Source of the DNA: Oopsacas minuta
Taxonomy: Eukaryota > Animalia > Porifera
Direction of reading: 5' to 3'
NCBI GenBank assembly: GCA_024704765.1
Contig: JAKMXF010000331.1
Location: forward strand, 271,082-304,380
DNA: 33,299 nucleotides
In this document: positions 24,371 through 33,299 of the stretch, in pieces
Numbering within the stretch: position 1 is the stretch's first letter
How the letters are laid out: each line of letters opens with the position of its first letter
Translations under genes and position numbers: made by a program
Notes under the pieces: model-generated
The model's database searches: none
What the model was told of the DNA's origin: nothing
What the model saw: the letters and a program-made list of their open reading frames with translations, nothing else

Positions 24371-25654
24371 TATTTCTCTCTTGGCTAAATATTCAAGGAG
24401 GGTTAGAATGTTAGAGATCAGAAGCGCTAGCACCTTGAGAGGAGTCATATTAGTTGATGAGAGGTTTGGATTTATCTACTTGGGCAGCGACGGGTCCCCC
24501 AAGAAATAATTGCAGTCCATGAGGCTCTAAATGTCTAGTTTAGCTACTGATCATAGACCATAGGCCCCATAGTTTTAGTCGTTCAACAACTTCTGTAATT
24601 TTTATCTATCCATTATGCGAAATAACCCAGCTGAGTCATCATCTCAATATTCAGAACCATTTAACGTTGAGTTTTGTTTTCAAATGGATTCACATCCGTG
24701 TTCAAGTACTAACAGGTATTTTCGACTTGGAAAGAAAGATATCATTTCTAAAATTTCGTTGAAATTAAAGCATTCTTGTCACGATGAATTCTTGTTCTTA
24801 CTTGGGATCAAAACCTTACAATACATTTTACTACGTAGACTTCAGATTTCATCATAGATTTGATGGGGTCCAGGAGGAAACTTGAAATAACAGGACTGTT
24901 GATAGGAAAGAATTAACCAAAGAAATGTCATGAGGTGGTCATTTAACCGAATATCTTTTCATTTTGCAGATTGTAAGAAACGATGAGATGGATCATTCAT
25001 GTAAAATTCTTTCCATTCTATAAGGGGGTCACTAGCACCTATTACAGAACATAGTCCAATACCTCCTTATTGTACTTGCTATCATAACTGTCGTGCTTAC
25101 AGACACAGGATCAACAATGTGCGTTTCCTTAGAAAGTGATTCTTATTGTACCAGCTTCAGATGTGCGAATATTTCACTCGCCTCTAGATTTACTTTAGAA
25201 GTTTTATGTGTAATTTGTACGAGATACTCTTTAATTGATGCAGTCAAAAACCATTCTTAGTATTGAAACTGAAGATACCTGTCTCATATGTAATGGTGCA
25301 ATCTGACCACGGAGAAGAAATGTGAAATTCAATTAAACGACGTGAAAATATGATGAATTAATTAAAACAGGTGTGAAAATGGTCTTATCAGCTAATTAAA
25401 TGAAAATATATACCACTATATCTCTCCGCCACAATCAGTTTATAAAGTTTCTGTTTTGTGCAGTAAATTCACTAATACGTAAGAATTATTATGGTAATTA
25501 ACAAATTGATCAATCAATTTCGAGGGTAAATAGGTATTAAAACAGGCGTCCTAGTTAAAAATTCAATGTTCTGAAAATCCTGGACATGTTTTAAAAAGAT
25601 TAAGTGTTGGAAATATTATGCTAATCGAACTAATTTTAGATACCTTACTATAGA

Positions 25655-25752
25655 AAATTAACGCTCCATGGAAATTAACGTCATGGGAATTAACGCTCCA
25701 TGAAATTAATGCGAATTGGAGCTGAACATTGTCAAATACATGAAATTAACGT
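25655..25752. repeat. Short tandem array of (A/G)AATTAACGCTCCATGG-like units
   Basis: Units near 25655, 25672, 25687, 25703 and 25743; resembles a transposon subterminal array. Confidence 0.65.
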
Positions 25753-26117
25753 GGTTGAGAGGGAGAACATTTGTATATATACTATTTTATGCGAATAAAT
25801 ATTAAAAAATTATTCAATTTTTAAACATAAAGTCCCAAAATAAGTTTCCAGTCCACTTGATAGATATGGTATCCTCTAAAACCAATCACGCATCGGATAA
25901 CATGTAAATTGGGAGTTTGCCCAGCCATTGTATAAATTTGCTAAATAGTATTAATTTCCTAAAGTAAGGCGCTTTAAAGTTGTGACAGATATAGTGATAC
26001 GATTTGTGACATAATTTCGTCACATTTTTTCAATCAACAGCTCAATATAGATGTGACTAATACAGAAAGTAGTCGCAACGTTCTCCACGCTCAATTCGCT
26101 AGAAATTAAGGTATTTA

Positions 26118-26140
26118 CGAGGGCGCATTATAATTTTGTC
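26118..26140. repeat. Solo mariner-like TIR remnant
   Basis: TA|CGAGGGCGCATTATAATTTT resembles the CGAGGG... TIRs of the other mariners; no partner TIR found. Confidence 0.4.
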
Positions 26141-26340
26141 TTTCGATGTGTTCTAAGCATGCCAATTGGCCACAAATTAAATCTACCAAATGTAAAATTT
26201 CAAGAATCTTTGTACAAAACTAGGTACTTGGTGACAGTATTCCTTTGTCTACTTTACATATTTCTTGGTAACTCTTGGTAACTATGTTAACAATGAAGTC
26301 AAAACATGAGCAACAGTCACAAATCTTCAGACCTGGATTA

Positions 26341-28312
26341 CACAGGCCAACAAAAATATTTTTGTTTCTGTTGCCTAAGATTTTAGATTGAATTTAGACT
26401 ATATTTCCCGTGCTGAGTTCGAAAATTACATCGGATTTGCATGATTGGCTCTTGATTTTTGGTCCACATTTATGTTTATATTGTTAGTTACCTTTTCAAA
26501 TGTTTATTCAATTTAATCAGTACTTTGATAATTATAAGTACTAGCATGTTCTAACTCTATGGCATCGTCAAGAAATAATGTTCTAATGATCCTAATACGT
26601 TTTGTTACATATGTGGCGAATATACGTTGAAAGATCAGAGAATTATCTCTGACTTCGTGCGAAAGGCATACTTTGCTTACTTTGAGGTAAAGCTTGGAGA
26701 CCAAGACAGGTCTTCATTATCTGGTCAATTCATTCAGGAAGAACTCAATGATCTAATTAGTTACCTCAACCTGTCTAAAGAGTGTTCAGAAATTTTGACA
26801 TCCAGGCTCAACGAGAAGAATATTCTTAGCCCTACAACTAAGATAACATATTATCGTCATAGAGAAGAAGGATTAATTCGTCACTTTAGCCAACAAGAAG
26901 GCCTCGTCCTCTGCAATGAGATTGGAGGACTTCTCCGGGAAATGGGAGTACCACAGTATAGACCAGAAGATTGGCGTCTATTCATTGATAGCTCCAAGAG
27001 AAGCTTGAAGTGCGTTATATTACATAATGGAAATTTATATGTATCTATTCCAATTGGACATTCAACAAAGCTTAAGGAGGAGTATGAAAATATTAAAATC
27101 GTATTGCAAAAATTGAAATATCATGAATACCAGTGGTTGATTTGTGTTGATCTCAAGATGGCAAACTTTCTACTTGGCCAACAAGGTGGATACACTAAGT
27201 ACCCTTGCTTTATATGTTTATGCGAGAGCAGAGCCCGCAAAGATCATTGGGTGAATAAAGTAGGGCCCTTGAGAACTGATCTAACAATTGGAGTAGCAAA
27301 CATTCTGTATGAACCATTGGTTCCTGGAGAAAAAATCATTCTTCCTCCCTTCCACATCAAGTTGGGTTTAATGAAGCAGTTTGTAAAATCTCTAGATAAA
27401 GACGCCCCTGTTTCAAGTACATTTTGAGATCATTCCCAGGAATGAGCAATGAATAACTGCAAGTAGGGATCTTTGATGGTCCTCAGATCAGTAGTCTCAC
27501 AACAAACACTGGTTTCGTCCAATCCATGACTAATTTAGAGTCTTCTGTGTGGTGTGCATTTGTTTTGGTAGTCAATAACCTCTTAGTAATAATAAAGCTA
27601 ATAACTACATAGATTTGGTCAATGACATGCTTTACAAATTTAGAGATTTAGGTGTTAACATGAGTATCAAGGTTCACTATCTATTTAGCTACCTGGATCG
27701 TTTCCCTGAAAACCTTGGGGATTTAAGTGAGGAACAGGGGAAAAGGTTTCATCAGGACATCAAGGTTATCGAAGAGAGATATCAAGGCAGGTGGGATACC
27801 CACATGATGGCAGATTACTGTTGGGGCCTCCAGCCAGATTGCCCTCTGATATCCCATAACAGAAAATCAAATAAGAGACGATTTTTAGATGTTCTTCAAT
27901 AAACAAGTTTAGTATTCTTTTTAATATTATTACTTTTAACCGATTAATTGTTTTGACAATGATCAATGTATTTATACGAATTAGATATAATGATAAAATT
28001 ATACTTCCCAAATTTTCGGTATTGATGTTAATAGTTACATTCAAAAACTACAAATTTGAATAATTAATATTTTACACTTGGAAGCATAAAAAGTTGAATG
28101 TCACCAGTGAAACAACATTCCATTATTAATGTGAAGAAATTTATGTGTAGTATATCTTCACTATTTTATACTTATCACGCCAAATTTGAAATTAGGTACC
28201 GCAAAAACTAGGGCCAATTCGGATAAGCCGATCCCATTTTCAGATTTCTCGGGGTAAATATACCTAGAAACGGATCTAATATCTTAGGCAACAAATTGTT
28301 TGTTGACCAGTG
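26341..28312 (+). mobile_element. Chapaev3-type DNA transposon B (internally deleted)
   Basis: CACAGGCCAACAAA / TTTGTTGACCAGTG termini (12/14 match), perfect TTA TSD (26338-40, 28313-15), and ~120-bp imperfect subterminal inverted similarity. Confidence 0.92.
26559..27902 (+). pseudogene. Chapaev3-type transposase pseudogene B
   Basis: AYFAYFEVKLGDQDRS fused directly to FIQEELNDL (WAPH..DCYFC block missing), WRLFIDSSKRSLKC, KYPCFICLCESR, LPPFHIKLGLMKQFVK, FPENLGDLSEEQGKRFHQDI, HMMADYCW. Confidence 0.88.
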
Positions 28313-28315
28313 TTA

Positions 28316-28800
28316 TCAATTACAAACGGTCTAATTGAGATGACGCCGTCATCCAATGAGTCTCCTTCAATTGCAAACTCTCGAGAATATTTCCATATCA
28401 TTCGTAGAGATACAATATTATCCCTTAAGCTCGACCAGATGCTGGTTATCCGATCACGCAAGTAACACTGGAGAAAATCGTACCTGCCGACTCAGAAATT
28501 GTCTGAAGTCTACATAAAACATAGAAACAGCAAGCACGAATATCATTTGAGAAGGGAGCTATGTTGTCAGTGGATAGCACAAAATTACTCAAAGCCCGAA
28601 TGAGACAGGTGTAGAATTTTGCTACTTTATGCTCTATAAATCCAAATCAAATGATTGAAGGCAAATTTATTGGTTACTGGTGGGTAAAACCTGCATTAAT
28701 CATACGCCAAGTTTTGTATACTTCAATTTGGTCAGCCACCAGTTTATGTGAATAAGCCCTTAAATTTGGTAGAGAATGTATGCCATCTACTTTATTGCTA
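28316..28800 (-). other. Candidate host exons or pseudo-exons between Chapaev B and mariner 3
   Basis: Open stretches VDGIHSLPNLRAYSHKLVADQIEVYKTWRMINA, EHKVAKFYTCLIRALSNFVLSTDNIAPF and CYLRDRITSIWSSLRDNIV, with plausible splice signals. One phase conflict remains; no homology recognised. Confidence 0.3.
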
Positions 28801-28882
28801 ATAGAAATATTACTTGGGGCATTCAATATGTTCCAGACCTATTACTCTAAAATCATAGATAAGATCATAATTAAATATATTA

Positions 28883-31118
28883 CACAGGCCTACACTTTTA
28901 GTTGTATTGATTTTGTCAACTGATATATTTTAATTCTGTGTTGCTGATTCGATTATTTACTCAGGTTCTCCCTAATACGTCAAGTTATCTCACAATCCTA
29001 TTACTACATTTATAGAACAAAATTGGTTCTTACCCTTATGTGTTAGATTGGATCAATTAAATTTCTGAACATATCAATATTTCATTCACTAAGAATAATG
29101 ATATAATTATTACTAATATGAATGGAAGATAGTGATACTATAAACATGTAATATGAGCACTATTCAATCTAAAAATTTTCTCTTGTGTTTGACTTTCTTG
29201 AATGTTGTTCTTTGGACAATCTCTTTTAGGCACCAGCAGTAATCTGCCATCATATGTGTGTCCCATCTTCCTTGATATCGCTGTTCCATCACTTTTATGT
29301 CTTGATGGAATCGTTCACTTTATTCTTCACTCGTATCACCTAGATTATCCGGAAATCTATCAAGAAGGTCTCTCAAATAATGAATTTTAATAATCATATT
29401 ACAGCCAAGAGCATGATAGCTGTCGACTAACTCTGTGACTAGTTCTTGTAGTTGGATGCCTTTTTATTACCAAGGAAATTAGAAATGACATTAGAGAAAG
29501 CCTGCCACGCTCTCTTCTCTTCCTCGTTTATTGAATCTTTGAAGCTGTTGTCCCTAAGTAACTTGCGAATCTGTGGACCTTCAAATACCCTGCCTTTTTC
29601 TTCTCTTCACTGATTTCTGGAAACTAATTTCGGATATACTTGAAACAATATGTCTTGATCCAGTGCTTTGATGAATTGCTTCATTAAACCAAGCTTAATG
29701 TGGAGAGGAGGTAGAATTATTTTATTTGTATGTACCAGAGGGTTATTAATTACATTTTTGTCCCCAACTTTCAAACATTCTCTCGGAGGCCACTTTTCCC
29801 TTATCCAATGCTGGTTTCCATCTCTACTGTCCCAATAGCAAAGAAAACAGGGGTACTTAGTGAACCCAGATTGTTGTCCTGATAGAAAGTTGACCATTTT
29901 GAGATCAACACAGATGACCCAATCATGTGCAGAGTAGCTAATAATCTCTAATATCCCTTTCACATTATTGTACTCCTCTTTGAGTTTAACTGAATATCCT
30001 ATAGGTATTGAACCGAATATATTTCCATTATGGAGTAGTACACATTCAGACTCCTTTTGGAGCTGTCAATAAACAGTCTCCAGTCACTTGGATTCTAGTT
30101 CGGAACTCCCATTGCCAGTAGAAGACCCTCAACATTTGGACAAACCACCAAACCATTCTTTTCGCAGAAATACTGTTGAAACTCTTGTTCCCTATAACGA
30201 TATAATGTTACATTTGTTCCTTGGTGGAGTAGATTCTTTTCTTTCAATCTAGATGTAAGAAACTCAGAAGATTCTTTCAAGAGGTCAAGGTCACGAATTA
30301 AATCATTCAATTCCGCTTGGTTAAAGAGAGAAGGCTCCGAGGAAGGACCTTGAAAATCAACATCATATTCACAGTCATGATCATTGACTTCTTCTGAATT
30401 GGCACCATCTTCATCATCATAGGGTCCGACAAACTCTGTGAATATTGGTACAGGTAGATCACTACAATGAAGGACTGCCGAATAGCAGATTCTAAATTTG
30501 GGTTATTCCGCAGGTGTCTGTCACTCTTTTTGCAGTCCATGACATCTACCATCAGAAATAACAATCATCGGAATGATTTTTTGATTCTCTCCAAATCATA
30601 GGAATTCCGAAAGGGAGGTGTTTCTCTTTACCCATACTCCAAGACCTCAATAATTCTACACAAGATTTACAGACCTTATGAGGTGCCCAACTTTTGTCCT
30701 GGTCGCCCAGCTTAACTTTGAAATACGCATGGTAAGCTCTATTCACAATTTCAGTAATATTCTGCATCTGAGGTTTCGGAGCATAGGAACCACAAATATA
30801 ACAAAAAATGTCTGGAGAATTGAAACACTTTCTTTTCGACATATCAACAAAAAAGAATAACAGACTAGTTAAAAACCAATAAGCTAATAAGACTTTGAAT
30901 ATATATACTATGTACATAATGTTATTGTTGTAATATGTAATCATGATGAATTTTAGCAAAATCGAAATTTTTCTGAAAATGTAGCTATATGGTTGTGAAA
31001 AAACCTGACGTGATAAGAAAAAACTGAACAGATATTCAGAATCAGCGCATCTAAATAAGTCTAAATCAGTGATCAAAATATAAACAACTGTAATATAACA
31101 TTTTTTTGTAGGCCTGTG
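28883..31118 (-). mobile_element. Chapaev3-type DNA transposon C
   Basis: Perfect 12-bp TIR CACAGGCCTACA / TGTAGGCCTGTG, TTA TSD (28880-82, 31119-21), and long imperfect subterminal inverted similarity. Confidence 0.93.
29170..30842 (-). pseudogene. Chapaev3-type transposase pseudogene C
   Basis: MSKRKCFNSPDIFCYICG, GDQDKSWAPHKVCKSC, WRESKNHSDDCYF, KYPCFLCYWDSR, LPPLHIKLGLMKQFIKAL, RFHQDI...HMMADYCW; many frameshifts. Confidence 0.9.
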
Positions 31119-31889
31119 TTATTTCATGATATCCTCGAAATATTCGCCCTTGTGTGAGACAAACAGTTTTAACCCTTCTATTCACATCGGAATGTTTTTT
31201 GAACTCTTCTGCGGGCATGTCTTTAAGGGTCTTGTGAAGCTCATACCCGAGTGCAAGTCTTTGGCAAAAACCTCACCTACCAAGTGCTTTTTGACCAATC
31301 TGAAAGCAAAAATCACATGGTGATAGATCAAGGCTATATGGAGGATGGGGAAACTCAACCATCCCCATTTCACTCAGCATTTTACCGACAATCTTAGATT
31401 TATGATGTCTGGCATAATCGTCAATATTCGGATCAATTTGGCCCCGCGACTTGGTCTCTTCGAATAGTAATGATTCTCTACCTCAGTTAAACATTCCTCT
31501 ACGTAAAATTGTCCGATCATTGTACGCTTCTTTGGGACACAAATGGAAGCTACTATACCAGCATCAAAGAATATACAGTATAGAACCTTCATTGCACGGA
31601 AGGCTGACCTGGGATTAGTGTCTGGGGTAGCACATTTATGGAGCAACGTTTTGCTTTGTTCTTTTTCTCAGGTCTTATCACCAATGCAGACCTCAGCTAA
31701 CCTGCGATAGCCAGCATACTGATACAATTTCAATAATTCCTTCGCACAAGAGAGGCGGGCACTTTTCTGATTCTCTGTGAGAATATGCGGCGTCCATCTG
31801 GAAGAAATCTTGCTATATTCAAGATGGTTAATAAAAATGTCATCAACAATTCCCGTTGAGATATTGAGATATAGAGCTATCTCAGGGAT

Positions 31890-33124
31890 AGTTGAGTGGG
31901 GGAATGGCGGAAAGATGGTTGCAAGGAAATTGGTGGCGAGGAATGTAATTTAATTAGCACTGTAGATGTACTTGTATTAATTGTAGACTGGAATTCTATT
32001 GGTCAATACATTCTATTATATAATTATATACTTGATTTGTCATAGAATTAATCATATTTTACACCTTTTGGTGAACATTTCAAAAAATGTAACAATATTG
32101 GTAAAATTTAATTTTATCCTTCTTTGTTCAGTGAATATTTAGTTGAATAACATTGTTCAATAATCCACTAAATTTAATTTGGCAATATTTATGTCGACAC
32201 AGACGGTGATTTGAGATTTGTCTTTGTGTTGAATACAAACATAATAGAGAGTAGAGTAATGATAATAGGGAGTAGAATATAATAGAGAGTAGAATAATGC
32301 ATGAAGTAAACGATGAAGAAAAAACAATGTTGATCATAATATGCCTTAAAATTCGAAATTATAAGCAATTCCCTTCAGGAATGATAAGGTTTCCCGAGAT
32401 TCATAATCGGCGAGAAGGGATAATAGAGTGATTAGTACGTGCAATAGTAGATTTATAACTTTTCTCTACTTCACCACATTCCCATTTCGCAAAACTGCTT
32501 CTTGCATAGACTGTTCCCTTGAAGAAAGATAGAGAGTTTGCAAAAACTTGGATGCGAGCCAACTATCATTGATTTGAAGGCATTGTGCCAACCCTCAACG
32601 CTATTATTTGTCCTTGCAAGACAACTGTTAATTCTTGTGCGAAGATTCCAAATTCTAATTGGAAATATTGGCGTTCTTCTAGTCATATCGGGCAATACTT
32701 TTCCTATATATGTTTTTTCAAAATAATTAGCTATTTCAATAGCCTCTTCAGGAAATGGTTGCATACAAATAATGAAACAATCGGTAACGTCGATTTCTGG
32801 AACAAACGCCGAACTAGCAAGCATCCTAATTCTAATAGCGAGATCATTATCCTCGTGATATCGTACAACCAATCTTTGTTCGTGAACGTGTCTGAATATA
32901 TTTGCGAGAGGTGAAAAAAGCATCCCGGACAACAGAAATAAAATTCTCCTCAAGTGTAATTAAGTGCGGCATTTTCAAAATCGATCATAATCGTACAATA
33001 GTTAAAGATGGCTCGATTTCTTATAAGTTCTTAAACAGTCTGTCATAAATTTCTTCGGTTTTATTTGGAAGCAGCGCATAAATGCAAGGGAAAATTACTC
33101 CGTCCGTGACCTACATTATAATAA
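31890..33124 (-). mobile_element. MULE (Mutator-like) transposon remnant
   Basis: Transposase remnants at ~32440-33115. G-rich GG(G)GAAT repeats at ~31890-31950 mark the probable terminus, which abuts the truncated mariner 3. Boundaries approximate. Confidence 0.7.
32440..33115 (-). pseudogene. MULE transposase pseudogene (C-terminal half)
   Basis: IFPCIYALLPNKT, IMIDFENA, GCFFHLSQ, NYFEKTYIG, FPIRIWN, RTNNSVEGWHN. Confidence 0.88.
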
Positions 33125-33299
33125 GGCCTGTTCACTAGTGCGATTTTTTGGACCATGGATGTCGTTTAAGTCCATTAAATTTTATTTCAAATAATCATGG
33201 ATTTGATGTTATTCACCCAAATCGTGAACTTAAAAATTGTTCTTAAGCGATTTTGAAGACCATGGATGCATTTAAGTCCTTATTTTTGCAATAAATGTT
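33125..33299. mobile_element. Start of a possible PIF/Harbinger-like or MITE insertion truncating the MULE; runs off the window end
   Basis: TAA|GGCCTGTTCACTAG at the point where MULE similarity stops, and a repeated GACCATGGATG...TTTAAGTCC (~33150, ~33258). The other end is outside the window. Confidence 0.35.

Larger units (their letters stand above)
28813..31890 (-). mobile_element. mariner element 3, split by Chapaev C and truncated by a MULE
   Basis: 3' TIR TA|CTTGGGGCATTCAATATGTTCC at 28813. Coding remnants 31119-31890: PHSTIPEIA, KISSRWTPHIL, GDKT*, KVLYCIFFD, HPPYSLDLSPCDF, KGEYFEDIMK*. Confidence 0.82.

Noticed and set aside
32538-32914. Plus-strand ORFs of 62 and 109 aa
   Set aside because: They are antisense to the MULE transposase remnant.

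Overview
AT-rich eukaryotic genomic DNA, most consistent with an invertebrate animal (the species cannot be determined from this window), dominated by decayed DNA transposons. Elements with supported boundaries: four Chapaev3-type (CMC) elements from three subfamilies (1-369 partial, 19659-21957, 26341-28312, 28883-31118), one pogo/Tigger element (1529-3644) and three mariner elements (17276-18586, 23101-24370, 28813-~31890 interrupted). Remnants of hAT, MULE, Helitron Rep, a THAP domain and a probable Sola-like transposase are also present. Several insertions are nested and can be reconstructed to the base. No transposase ORF is intact. The only long non-TE ORF is an orphan 443-codon exon-like frame (13208-14539, +). 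Weaker candidate exons lie on the minus strand. Unexplained structure includes a diverged ~450-bp inverted pair at 10.0-12.6 kb and an element with opposed ~30-bp repeat arrays at 8.7-9.6 kb. I saw no prokaryotic operons, CRISPR arrays, rRNA/tRNA genes or recognisable retroelement ORFs, and I cannot demonstrate a novel biological system. All family assignments come from motif recognition by eye; no searches were run.
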